DNA of 64,000 nt from an uncultured virus (IMG/VR IMGVR_UViG_2571042902_000002) (Duplodnaviria > Heunggongvirae > Uroviricota > Caudoviricetes), in IMG/VR virus record IMGVR_UViG_2571042902_000002, positions 1-64,000 of that record; one strand, given 5' to 3'. Of this stretch, positions 17,249 through 26,492 are shown in pieces (the stretch's first letter is position 1; the number at the start of each line of letters is the position of its first letter). The notes beneath the pieces are model-generated. The model worked only from the letters and a program-made list of their open reading frames with translations, made no database searches and was not told where the DNA came from. The translations under genes were made by a program, and so were the position numbers.

Positions 17249-18404
17249 ACAGCCCCTGGCGCTGGCCGCCCTGTGGGCGTTGCTGGGCGTTGGCACGCTC
17301 GCCGATCCGCGCATCCAGAACAAGGCGCAGGGCGCGCCGGATCTGCAGGCCGAGCACTGGTACAGCGTCAAGGCGCTGAGCGCTGAGGGTACCGGCTCGG
17401 TCGCCTCCATCGAGATCTATATCTACGGCGAAATCGGCTTTTGGGGCATCACCTCCGCGGATTTCATCCGCGACCTGAAAGCAGTCGACGACGGCACCTC
17501 TCCGGTACTGGTTCACTTCGACACCATCGGCGGCGACCTCTTCGACGGCATCGCCATCCACAACGCGCTCCGGGCTCTGGGCGAACGCTGCACCGCCCGG
17601 ATCGACGGGGCCTGCTTCAGCGCGGGCAGTGTCGCGGCCTGCGGCGCGCACCGGGTCGAAATGGCCGACAACGCGCTGTTCATGATCCACAACCCCTGGA
17701 CCTTCGCGGCAGGCGACAGCGAAGACCTGCGCAAGGTCGCCGACATGATGGACCAGGCGTTCGAGGGCATCGTGGCGAGCTACCAGCATCGGCCGCTGAA
17801 TGTCGACGACGCCGAACTGCGCCGGATGATCGACGACGAAACCTGGCTCACCGCGCCTGAGGCGAAGGACAAGGGGTTCGTGGACGAGGTGCTCGGCGCG
17901 GCCGAGCCGATCGGCGTGAACGCACGCCTGGGCAAGGTGCTGAATCGCTATCGCAACACGCCTGACGCGGCGCGCCGGCTGCTGGCCAGCCAGGAGCCGG
18001 CGGGTGACCCCGCCCCGACGTCGGCCGAACTGGCTGCGGAGCTGACGGCGGACTGCGCCCAGGCCGGTCTGGCCGACTGCGCGGCGTATCTGATCAAGGC
18101 CTCGGGCCTGAAAGATCGCGAGACTGCGCGCGCGGCCTTGGACCGGGCGAAGGCCGTCCGGTCGGTATGCCTCGTCGCGAAAATGCCCGATGAGGCCAAG
18201 GCGCTCATCGAGGAGGGCCTGGATGCCGACGGCGCCCGCCTGCGGCTGTACGACAAGATCGTAGCGCGCAGCACCCAGGTGGAGATCGACAACCGCGTAC
18301 CGACGGACGATCAGCCGCAGAACAAGGCTTACCAACCCCCGGCGCCGAGCGACGTGTACGCGAAGCGCCGGCTCAATGCCTCGAAAGGAGGAAAGCAAGC
18401 ATGA
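17232..18404 (+). CDS. ClpP-type head maturation protease/scaffold
   Basis: IYGEIG, GGDLFDG.AIHN, SAGS, FMIHNPW, ETWLTA.EA. Confidence 0.9.
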   Translation: MKKRNEQPLALAALWALLGVGTLADPRIQNKAQGAPDLQAEHWYSVKALSAEGTGSVASIEIYIYGEIGFWGITSADFIRDLKAVDDGTSPVLVHFDTIGGDLFDGIAIHNALRALGERCTARIDGACFSAGSVAACGAHRVEMADNALFMIHNPWTFAAGDSEDLRKVADMMDQAFEGIVASYQHRPLNVDDAELRRMIDDETWLTAPEAKDKGFVDEVLGAAEPIGVNARLGKVLNRYRNTPDAARRLLASQEPAGDPAPTSAELAAELTADCAQAGLADCAAYLIKASGLKDRETARAALDRAKAVRSVCLVAKMPDEAKALIEEGLDADGARLRLYDKIVARSTQVEIDNRVPTDDQPQNKAYQPPAPSDVYAKRRLNASKGGKQA

Positions 18405-19036
18405 CCATCAAGACCGAAGGCGTTCACGCCGGAGAGTTCCTCCTGTCGGAGGCCAACGGCTCGCGCAGCCGCGAAAACATCGTCATCACCGCCGGCTCCG
18501 GCCGGCTGGTGGCGGGTACCTTGATCGCCCCCATCACCGCCGCCAATGCGCTGAGCGCGACCGCGGCGGCAGGGAACACCGGTGACGGCACTGTCGGTGC
18601 CACCGTGGTGACCAGCGCCGCCATCAGCGGCACCTACGTGCTGGAAATCACCGAGGCCGGAGCCAATGGCGGCAAGTTCGAGGTGGTCGACCCGCAGGGA
18701 CGCCAGGTGGGCACTGGTCAAGTCGGCCAGGCGTTCACCGGCGGCGGAATCGGCTTCACCCTTTCCGACGGGGCCACCGACTTCGTGGTGGGTGATCGCT
18801 TCAACCTGCAGGTGCTGGCAGGGCTCGGCGAGTGGACGCCCTACGACGACGACGGTGCCGATGACGGCCGTCGTGCGGCTGGCGGAATTCTGTTCGGACC
18901 AGTGGATGCCACGGATACCGACGTCAAGGCGGTGGCCGTGGTCCGTGATGCCGAAGTGATCGCCAGCCTGCTGACCGGCCTGGATGCTGCCGGTGAGGCC
19001 GACCTCAAGGCGCTGGGCCTCATCCTTCGCACCTGA
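18401..19036 (+). CDS. Head decoration protein with internal insertion
   Basis: GEFLLSEANG.RSRE N-terminus and VRDAEV...L.ALG.I.R C-terminus. Confidence 0.8.
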   Translation: MTIKTEGVHAGEFLLSEANGSRSRENIVITAGSGRLVAGTLIAPITAANALSATAAAGNTGDGTVGATVVTSAAISGTYVLEITEAGANGGKFEVVDPQGRQVGTGQVGQAFTGGGIGFTLSDGATDFVVGDRFNLQVLAGLGEWTPYDDDGADDGRRAAGGILFGPVDATDTDVKAVAVVRDAEVIASLLTGLDAAGEADLKALGLILRT

Positions 19037-19061
19037 TCCTCCTCCGTCCCTCAACCACCTC

Positions 19062-19085
19062 AAGCCCCGCCTGCGCGGGGTTTTT
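19062..19085 (+). terminator. Intrinsic terminator
   Basis: GCCCCGC-ctgc-GCGGGGT followed by a T run. Confidence 0.6.
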
Positions 19086-19103
19086 CATTTCTGGAGTATT
19101 CAC

Positions 19104-20102
19104 ATGGCTGAAATCAGCATTTTCGAAGATGAGGCGTTCTCGGTGGAGGCGCTGCTGGCGGTGATCAACACCGATCACCCGGTGCCGGGGCAACTCGCCG
19201 CGCTGGGCCTGTTCGAGGAACAGGGTGTGTCCTCGCTGGTGGTGCAGATCGAAAAGGACGGCACCACGCTGCAACTGGTGGAGGCGAAAGCCCGCGGCGG
19301 CGTAGGCCAGGTCGTGACCGGTGACAAGCGTCAACTGGTCCCCTTCAACACCGTTCACCTGCCGCAGACGTTCCAGATCCTGGCCGATGAAATCCAGGGC
19401 ATCCGTGCGGTGGGTAGCCGGACCGAGCTGCAGTCCGCCGAGGCGGTCGTGGCCAAGCGCCTGGAAAAAGCGCGCCGCCAGTTGGACCTGACCCACGAGT
19501 ATCAGCGCATCGGCGCCATCAAGGGCAAGATTCTCGATGCCGACGGTTCGACGGTGCTGCTGGATATCTACCAGGCCTTCGGACTGAGGAAGCCCAAGCC
19601 GCGATCGCTCGAACTGGGTAACCCCGAGGGTGACCTGAGCGGCATTCTGGCCGACCTGCTCGACGAGCAGGACGACGCGCTGGGCAACGTCACCAGCACC
19701 GGATCGCGAGCGTTCTGTGGCAAGAACTTCTGGGCCAAGCTCATCGATCACCCCAAAGTGCGCGGCACTTACCTGAACACCCTGCAGGCGGCGCAACTGC
19801 GGGGTGACCGTCGCCAGTCGTTCGAGTTCGGCGGCGTGGTCTGGGAGCGCTATCGCGGCAAGCATGACGGGGAGTCGTTCGTGGACGATGGCAGTGCCCA
19901 ACTGGTCCCGGAGGGGGTTCCGGACCTGTTCATCAGCGCCTTTGCGCCGGCGGACTACATGGAGGTCGTCAACACCGAAGGCCTGCCGTACTACGCCAAG
20001 CTTGAGCGTCTGCCCTTCGACAAAGGCGTGGCTGGGGAAGCGCAATCGAACCCGCTGCACCTGTGCACCCGCCCGTTGGCGGTGCGCGAACTGACCCTCT
20101 GA
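19104..20102 (+). CDS. Major capsid protein (gpE family)
   Basis: LGLFEEQGV, THEYQRIGA.KG.ILDADG, EAQSNPLHLCTRP. Confidence 0.92.
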   Translation: MAEISIFEDEAFSVEALLAVINTDHPVPGQLAALGLFEEQGVSSLVVQIEKDGTTLQLVEAKARGGVGQVVTGDKRQLVPFNTVHLPQTFQILADEIQGIRAVGSRTELQSAEAVVAKRLEKARRQLDLTHEYQRIGAIKGKILDADGSTVLLDIYQAFGLRKPKPRSLELGNPEGDLSGILADLLDEQDDALGNVTSTGSRAFCGKNFWAKLIDHPKVRGTYLNTLQAAQLRGDRRQSFEFGGVVWERYRGKHDGESFVDDGSAQLVPEGVPDLFISAFAPADYMEVVNTEGLPYYAKLERLPFDKGVAGEAQSNPLHLCTRPLAVRELTL

Positions 20103-20104
20103 CC

Positions 20105-20416
20105 GTGGCGGGTTTCTCTGAACTGGTCGCCGACATGGACGAGATCATCGCCGACGTCCTCGGCGATGGTGAGTTTGGCTACCTGGACCGCTCTGGCCGG
20201 CAGGTCGGCAATGCTGCGGTGATCGTTGAGGAAGGTGTTGAGCGCATGGAGGCCGGCGCCCTGGATCGGTACCGCACCATTGCGTGCCGCAAGGCGTTCT
20301 TGCAGCCCCTTGATCGCAAGGGGGCGTTCCTCGATTCCGATGGCCAGGTCTGGCGCATCGACGGCATCCATGCCGACGACGGCGACTGGATCACTTTCTA
20401 CGTGGTGCCCGAATGA
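20105..20416 (+). CDS. Head-tail joining protein (FII-like)
   Basis: Position after the capsid gene; GTG start; 103 aa. Confidence 0.65.
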   Translation: MAGFSELVADMDEIIADVLGDGEFGYLDRSGRQVGNAAVIVEEGVERMEAGALDRYRTIACRKAFLQPLDRKGAFLDSDGQVWRIDGIHADDGDWITFYVVPE

Positions 20417-20850
20417 GCGATGTGATCGATGTACAGACCGCGGTCATCGGCCAGTTGCTGGACCTGCTCGCCGCGGTTCCGGTGTTCGGCGATACCGTCC
20501 GTCAGGACTGGGTGGCCGGGGTGCTCGACGCCGAGGACAGCGACGAGCCCGAACGGCTGATCATCCTGCAGGAAGGGGACACCGTGGAACGAGACCGGTC
20601 GCCGGGCAGTGTCGTGGAGGAGTGGACCGTGAACATCGTCCCGATGGCGCGCGGCAGGGACGCCGCCCAGGCGTTGCGCGAGGCGCGCCTGGCGATCAAG
20701 CGGGTGCTCAAGGGCCACAAGGCCGGGCTGACGGTGCCCGGCCTGGTGCGTGTCGATTTTCCGGCATCCGCTGTGCGCCTGCCCGAGCCCGGCCGGCGCT
20801 GGGCCTATCGAGCCATCCCTCTGCAGGTCAGCTACTCGCAGCAGTTGTAA
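20413..20850 (+). CDS. Tail terminator-like protein
   Basis: 145 aa; ATGA overlap; precedes the tail tube gene. Confidence 0.6.
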   Translation: MSDVIDVQTAVIGQLLDLLAAVPVFGDTVRQDWVAGVLDAEDSDEPERLIILQEGDTVERDRSPGSVVEEWTVNIVPMARGRDAAQALREARLAIKRVLKGHKAGLTVPGLVRVDFPASAVRLPEPGRRWAYRAIPLQVSYSQQL

Positions 20851-20900
20851 CCCATCCACCAGGCCGCCTCCGGGCGGCCTCTACATTTCCGGAGGGCTCC

Positions 20901-21101
20901 ATGCCCGAGATCATCGTTACCAGGCCGTTCAACTACCGCGAGGGGCTCGACGCGACCCACTACCCGGCGTCGAAGGGCGCCATCAGCGTTACCGCCGCCG
21001 TAGCTGCCCATGCCCTGGGCAAGGGCTACGCCACCGAGGCCAAGGCCAAGGCGCCGATTCCGGCAGCTACCGCCGAGCCGACCGGCGGCGACCAGAAGTA
21101 A
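20901..21101 (+). CDS. Small virion-region protein (66 aa)
   Basis: GGAGG RBS; MPEIIVTRPFNYREG... Confidence 0.65.
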   Translation: MPEIIVTRPFNYREGLDATHYPASKGAISVTAAVAAHALGKGYATEAKAKAPIPAATAEPTGGDQK

Positions 21102-21128
21102 CCCACCCGAACCCATCAGGAGAGCCCC

Positions 21129-21875
21129 ATGCTCCAGACCATCGACCGCTCGTTCATCGGCGAGGGCATCATCCATGCCCGCCTGTACGGATCGCAGGAA
21201 CCGTTCCTGCCGCTCGGCAACTGCGACACCTTCAACATCAGCTTCGCCACCGACCGCAAGACGCTGCCCAACTACATGGGAGGTGGCGGCAACAGCAACG
21301 TCCGCGAGCGCGTCACCGACGTGACGTCCTCCATCGGAATGTTCGACCTGACCGCCGAGAATGTCGCCCTGGTGACGCGCTCCACCATCCAGGTGGCGCC
21401 TACCGCCGCGATCACCGACGAGGCGCATACCTCTCAGGGGGTTGCGCTGGAGTTGATCCCGTTCAAGTACCTGCCGGACCTGACCAAGCCCGTGACGGTG
21501 AAGACCGCGGGGGACGTCGAGGTGGCCCCGGGCACGGACTACCTGCTGGTACCCCACGGCATCCAGGTGCTGAGCGGCGGCAAGATCGATGCAACCGGCA
21601 TCAAGGTCAGCTACACGCCGCGCCCGAGCCGGGCGGTGCATATGCTCAACGGCTCGCAGAAGGAGCTGGAGCTGTTCATCGCTGGCCTGAACGACGCGCA
21701 GTCGGGCGAGCCGTTCGCGCTGCGCCCTCGCCGCGTCAAGTTCGGCCTCCTGCAGGAGCTGGCGGTGCTGGGCCAGGAATACGCCAAGCTCACCGGCCCG
21801 GCGGAACTGCTCGCAGATTCGCGCGTGACCGCGACCGACATTTCCAAGTTCTGCCAGATGGATCTGGCAGGATAA
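21129..21875 (+). CDS. Major tail tube protein
   Basis: 248 aa; SFIGEG...LGNC..F motif; AGGAG RBS; position. Confidence 0.75.
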   Translation: MLQTIDRSFIGEGIIHARLYGSQEPFLPLGNCDTFNISFATDRKTLPNYMGGGGNSNVRERVTDVTSSIGMFDLTAENVALVTRSTIQVAPTAAITDEAHTSQGVALELIPFKYLPDLTKPVTVKTAGDVEVAPGTDYLLVPHGIQVLSGGKIDATGIKVSYTPRPSRAVHMLNGSQKELELFIAGLNDAQSGEPFALRPRRVKFGLLQELAVLGQEYAKLTGPAELLADSRVTATDISKFCQMDLAG

Positions 21876-22107
21876 GAATGGAAATAAAAAGTTACTTTTA
21901 GAGAGGTAATATAAAGTCTCTCCAATATTGCGAATATAAATAGGGCGCCCAGGTATTGCTGTTATTTGGTGTTAACCCCCATATTTCTGGTAGGGGTGTC
22001 TTATTTATATTTGGCTAGGTTTAGTTCTGCGAGCCTGGAAACGGCTCGGTGGTCCTGCCTGTCGAGTGTAGGGCTAATAACTATTCGCTATGCAAGGAGC
22101 ATCGCAA

Positions 22108-22548
22108 ATGGGTACTTATCTGTTCCAATATGCACAAGATAAGGATTATGTGCTGGGTGTTTCCGATGAGCAGTCCGGCGCCAAAGTCGTACTGCGGAAA
22201 GCGCAAGGCACGCCATATCGCTTCATCCTTTGGGATGTCGATCAGGACACAGGGGTGATCACCCTGAACTCAAGCGGCGGCCAGTTGGCGATTGACCCGC
22301 AGGGTGGGAAGGTTTCGCCACAGAATATCCTGACGCTGGCTGTCGTGAATTCGAGTTCGAAGAGCCAACGCTTCGATATGGTGACGAAACCGCTCTACAT
22401 CTTGAGCGTCCCCGAACCGGGGCTCTGTATCGACAACCAGAATCGTGTAACTAAAGACGGCAACCCGATCTGGCTCTACGAGTTCAACGGTTCGCAGGCT
22501 CAGCAATGGATCCCGCAGCGACTCTCGTTCGCGAAGGCTGATTTCTAA
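22108..22548 (+). CDS. Ricin-B (beta-trefoil) lectin-domain moron protein
   Basis: Three sub-repeats ending ILW, QRF and QQW; LCIDN...DGNPIWLYEFNGSQAQQW; AGGAG RBS; AT-rich flanks. Confidence 0.75.
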   Translation: MGTYLFQYAQDKDYVLGVSDEQSGAKVVLRKAQGTPYRFILWDVDQDTGVITLNSSGGQLAIDPQGGKVSPQNILTLAVVNSSSKSQRFDMVTKPLYILSVPEPGLCIDNQNRVTKDGNPIWLYEFNGSQAQQWIPQRLSFAKADF

Positions 22549-22563
22549 AAAATTAGCCTTTAT

Positions 22564-22598
22564 AGAGCCTCCAGTATTTCCATGCTGGAGGCTCTTTT
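22564..22598 (+). terminator. Moron terminator
   Basis: AGAGCCTCCAG/CTGGAGGCTCT 11-bp stem followed by Ts. Confidence 0.7.
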
Positions 22599-22723
22599 AA
22601 ATGGTTTTTAAGTAAGTTCTTGGTTTCTCTGTTGGGACGAAGTTGTGTCATTCAGAGACTTTTAGTGGGGCGTAATTTTTTGTGGCTCAAGAGAGTTAGC
22701 TAGTAATAGCCAGTTCTGATCTT

Positions 22724-22748
22724 AACCCGCCATATGGCGGGTTTTTTA
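22724..22748 (+). terminator. Intrinsic terminator
   Basis: AACCCGCC-atat-GGCGGGTT followed by a T run. Confidence 0.7.
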
Positions 22749-22764
22749 TTGTCCGGAGATTCTT

Positions 22765-25700
22765 ATGGCGAGCCCAATGCAGCGCCTGATCCAGTTCGTT
22801 CTTCGCGGCCGGGACGAACTGTCGCCCGCCGCCCAGCAGTCGACCGAGGCGCTGGAAGGGCTGCGCGCCACGGCGGCGAACCTGAACCGGCAGTTGGACG
22901 ATGCGAAGGGCGCCCGGGGCCTGGTGACTGCGCTCGGAACTACTGAGCGCGCCATTGCGCAGACGCAGACGTCGGTGCAGCGGGTGGACCGTACCATTGC
23001 GGACCTGCGCGAGGCGTTGGACCGCAACCCCGGGAGCCGGGGCCTGGCCGTGTCCCTGCAGATCGCGGAGCGGGACGCAGCGGGTCTGCGTCGGACCCTT
23101 GACCAACTGACCGCTCGGCACGCCGAGCAGCAACGTGCGGCGCGGGCGGCGGGCGTGGATACCGGGCAGCTTGCCAACGAGGAGCGGCGGCTGGCGTCGG
23201 TGGTCGACAACACCCGCGAGAGCATCGCGCAGAACAGCCGCGAGATCCGCGAGCTGGAACGTGCGCAGATGCGAGCGGCGCGGGAGGCGGCTGGCCACAC
23301 CTCGCGCGTGACGGCGCTGCGCGAGGCCATGTCGTCCGGCGTTCGCCAGGCAGCCGCTTACGCCGCGGCCTTCGTCGGCATCCAGGCGGCGCTGAACCTG
23401 GTGCGCAGTGGAGTCGGCCTGGTGCGTGATGGCATCGTCTCGATGCTGACCACCGGCGACCAGTTCGAGAACCTGCAGAACCGGCTCACGTCGCTGATGG
23501 GCTCGGTTGCCGAAGGTGAGCGGGCAACCGCCTGGATCAAGACCTTTGCCAAGGACACGCCGCTTCAGTTGAGCGACGTCACCGACGCCTTCGCGCTGCT
23601 GAAGGCCTACGGCCTGGACCCGATGGATGGGTCGCTGAAAGCGATCGAGGACCAGTCGGAGAAGCTGGGCGGCGGCATGGAGCGCCTGGAGGGCATCACG
23701 ACGGCAGTCGGCCAGGCCTGGGCGAAGCAGAAGCTGCAGACCGAGGAGATCCTGCAACTGGTCGAGCGTGGCGTGCCGGTGTGGGACATGCTGGCCAAGG
23801 TCACCGGCAAGAATGCCGCGCAGCTGCAGGATCTGGCGAGCAAGGGCAAGCTTGGCCGGGACGTTATCAAGGCGCTGGTCGACGAAATGGGGCGCAGCTC
23901 CGAAGGGGCCGCGGCCAAGGCCATGAGCACCCTGACCGGTCTGGTCAGCAACCTCGGCGACACTGCGGCCGACTTTCTCAACCGCATTGCCAACGCCGGC
24001 GCGCTGGACCACGTCAAGAACAAGCTGAAGGAACTGGGCGATACCATCGCGCAGATGGACCAGGACGGGCGCCTCGACACGCTGGCCAAGGGGCTGTCGG
24101 ATGCCTTCGTCCAGGGCTCGGAATGGGTCGAGCGCTTCATCAAGCGCCTGGCCGACGTCGATTTCGGCACCCTGATCGACAAGACCTCGGCCTGGCTTAG
24201 CAGCTTCAGCACCCAGCTGGACGACATGGCCTCGCGGGTGCAACTGTTCATCGCGCCGTTCCGGACGTTGTTCAACGGTGTCACCTCGGGCATCAGCGCT
24301 ATCGCCCTGGCCTGGACCGGCACCATGTCGCTGATGGTCGCCGGCATCGAGAAGGTGGCGGAGAAGATCCCGGCGGCGCTGGGTGGGGAGCGCATCCGCA
24401 GTTCCGTCGCCGGCGTCCACGACCTGCTCAGCAGCATGAGCGAGGGTTTTCGCCAGCAGATCCAGCAGGACGCGCAGGATATCGCGGATGCCTGGGACAC
24501 CAGCACCACGGCCACCGCCTCCGCCGCACAGCAGCAGAGCCAGGCGATCACCGACACCTTCACCGACCTGAAGGCGGGTGCGAAGAGCGCGGCCGCCGAG
24601 TCGGTGCAGGCGGTGACCAGCCTGCAGAATGCCCTGGACCAGATCAGCGCGGCCAAGACCACCGAGCAACTGACCGCCCTGCAGGGGGAAATGCTCAAGG
24701 CCTACCAGGCCGGCACGCTGAGCCAGCAGGAGTATGCGAACGGCGCCGGTGTCCTCAACGCGAAGCTGACCGAACTGAAGTCGACCGCCAGCGGCGCCGC
24801 CCTGGGGGTGTCTGACCTCAGTACCGGCCTGGAGAACCTGAAGCAGGTCCAGGACGCGATCAGCAGCGCGAAGACCACGGTCGATATCCAGAACATCCGG
24901 ACGGCGCTGGGCCGGTTGTACAACGACGGCACGATCAGTGCGCGGGAGTTCAACCAGGAACAGACCAAGCTGTCCGCCAAGGTCAAGGAACTGAAGGCGG
25001 CCGGCGAGGAGGGCGCCAAGGGTATGCAGGCGGTCGCGGAGTCCTCGGACAAGGCGGCCAAATCGCTCTCGGACCAGCGCAAGGCCATCGGCGAATCGAT
25101 GGAGGCAACCCGCAAGGGAGTAGCGTCGACGAAGGACGACATGGGCGCCTTCGAAGGGTTCTTCGGTGGGGTGTTGAGCACCGCGCGGCAGGGCGTCGCG
25201 CAGTTGAGCCAGGAAGCGCTGAACGCCTTCGATGCGATGCGTGGGATCTCCACCGTCGATCTCAGCATCGACACCAGCAGCCTGGACGCCACTTCGCGCT
25301 CCCTGGCCAAGGTCAGTGAGCAACTGGCCCGGATCAAGGCCGAGTCGGGCGTGGGCATGAGCGGTTTCGGGCGCTGGGCGATGGATACCCAGCGGGCCAG
25401 CCTGGAGATCCAGGCTGCGTACCTGGAGCAGAAGCGCAGCCTGCAGAGCCTGATGGACGACTACGAGCGCGGGACCATGAAGCTGGGCGACTTCGTGTCG
25501 GCGGCCAAGGGCGCTCGAAATGGCCTCAGCCTGCTGAACGATTCGGACATGCGGCAACTGGAGAGCGCAATCGAGGCGGCCAATCAGAAGATCCAGCAGC
25601 TCAAGGAAGGCTCGAAGTCGACGCTGGTCAGCCTGCGCGAGGAACTGGCGGGGCTGCGTGGCGAGCAGGAGGCCGTGGATCGCAGCCGGTTCAACAGCCG

Positions 25701-26037
25701 TAAGGCTGAGTTGCAGCAGCAACTGGCCGAGGCCCAGGGCAGCGGCGACATGAACGCGGTACAGAACCTGATGACGGCGCTGGCCACCCTGCAGCAGATC
25801 CAGGCCGAGACGGACGCCAAGCGGCAGCGGGAGGAGCAGCAGAAGCGGGTGGACGAGCAGAACGCCGCCAAGGCCGCGGCGGCGCCGCCTGCCTCGCCGC
25901 CGGCTTCGAGTCCTCCGCCCCGGGTCGTTCGTTTCGAGACGGCGCGGGGAGCCGTTGACGTGGCGGTGGCCAGCGAACAGGACGAAACCAACCTGCTCGG
26001 CGTGCTCGAGCAGGCCAGCATGAGGACCGGCCGATGA
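22765..26037 (+). CDS. Tail tape measure protein
   Basis: 1090-aa Ala/Gln-rich helical protein with the FAKDTPL...[19 protein letters not shown] tape domain. Confidence 0.92.
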   Translation: MASPMQRLIQFVLRGRDELSPAAQQSTEALEGLRATAANLNRQLDDAKGARGLVTALGTTERAIAQTQTSVQRVDRTIADLREALDRNPGSRGLAVSLQIAERDAAGLRRTLDQLTARHAEQQRAARAAGVDTGQLANEERRLASVVDNTRESIAQNSREIRELERAQMRAAREAAGHTSRVTALREAMSSGVRQAAAYAAAFVGIQAALNLVRSGVGLVRDGIVSMLTTGDQFENLQNRLTSLMGSVAEGERATAWIKTFAKDTPLQLSDVTDAFALLKAYGLDPMDGSLKAIEDQSEKLGGGMERLEGITTAVGQAWAKQKLQTEEILQLVERGVPVWDMLAKVTGKNAAQLQDLASKGKLGRDVIKALVDEMGRSSEGAAAKAMSTLTGLVSNLGDTAADFLNRIANAGALDHVKNKLKELGDTIAQMDQDGRLDTLAKGLSDAFVQGSEWVERFIKRLADVDFGTLIDKTSAWLSSFSTQLDDMASRVQLFIAPFRTLFNGVTSGISAIALAWTGTMSLMVAGIEKVAEKIPAALGGERIRSSVAGVHDLLSSMSEGFRQQIQQDAQDIADAWDTSTTATASAAQQQSQAITDTFTDLKAGAKSAAAESVQAVTSLQNALDQISAAKTTEQLTALQGEMLKAYQAGTLSQQEYANGAGVLNAKLTELKSTASGAALGVSDLSTGLENLKQVQDAISSAKTTVDIQNIRTALGRLYNDGTISAREFNQEQTKLSAKVKELKAAGEEGAKGMQAVAESSDKAAKSLSDQRKAIGESMEATRKGVASTKDDMGAFEGFFGGVLSTARQGVAQLSQEALNAFDAMRGISTVDLSIDTSSLDATSRSLAKVSEQLARIKAESGVGMSGFGRWAMDTQRASLEIQAAYLEQKRSLQSLMDDYERGTMKLGDFVSAAKGARNGLSLLNDSDMRQLESAIEAANQKIQQLKEGSKSTLVSLREELAGLRGEQEAVDRSRFNSRKAELQQQLAEAQGSGDMNAVQNLMTALATLQQIQAETDAKRQREEQQKRVDEQNAAKAAAAPPASPPASSPPPRVVRFETARGAVDVAVASEQDETNLLGVLEQASMRTGR

Positions 26038-26444
26038 GGCTCGATGCGGTGGAACTGGGCGACCAGTTCGAATGGGTGGACGAGTTCACCTGGGATGCGG
26101 TGGCACAAGAGCAGGAACGCTCCCTGACCGGCGCGCTGCTGGTGCAGGAAGGCACCAAGCTGCATGGCCGCCCGATCACACTGCGCTCCGGGGGAGGGGT
26201 ATGGACACCGCTGTGGGTCGTGCGCCAACTGGAGGTGCTGCGCGACCAGCGCCTGCGGGTCATGCCGCTGGTGCTACCAGACGGCCGCGAATTCTCGGTG
26301 ATCTTCAACCGCGCCGAAGGGACGCCGCTGGAAGCCGAACCGCTGTTCCGCGAGGTCAACCCCGGTCCGGACGCCGACTACCTGGTGACGTTGCGACTGC
26401 TCACCGTAGCGCCGCCCTCGGCACCGCCCACCCCCGACCCTTGA
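26034..26444 (+). CDS. Distal tail-like protein
   Basis: WVDEF.W.AV.Q...RSLTGAL.VQ...GRPITL; follows the tape measure gene. Confidence 0.65.
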   Translation: MRLDAVELGDQFEWVDEFTWDAVAQEQERSLTGALLVQEGTKLHGRPITLRSGGGVWTPLWVVRQLEVLRDQRLRVMPLVLPDGREFSVIFNRAEGTPLEAEPLFREVNPGPDADYLVTLRLLTVAPPSAPPTPDP

Positions 26445-26450
26445 TCCCAC

Positions 26451-26476
26451 ACCCCGCCTCGGCGGGGTTTTCTTTT
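26451..26476 (+). terminator. Intrinsic terminator
   Basis: ACCCCGCC-tc-GGCGGGGT followed by a T-rich tail. Confidence 0.6.
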
Positions 26477-26492
26477 CTGGCTGGAGTGTTCC

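Noticed and set aside
22696..25722. 1008-aa minus-strand ORF and similar long antisense ORFs (e.g. 16944-18398, 49754-51688)
   Set aside because: Shadows of high-GC genes on the opposite strand, with no recognisable motifs
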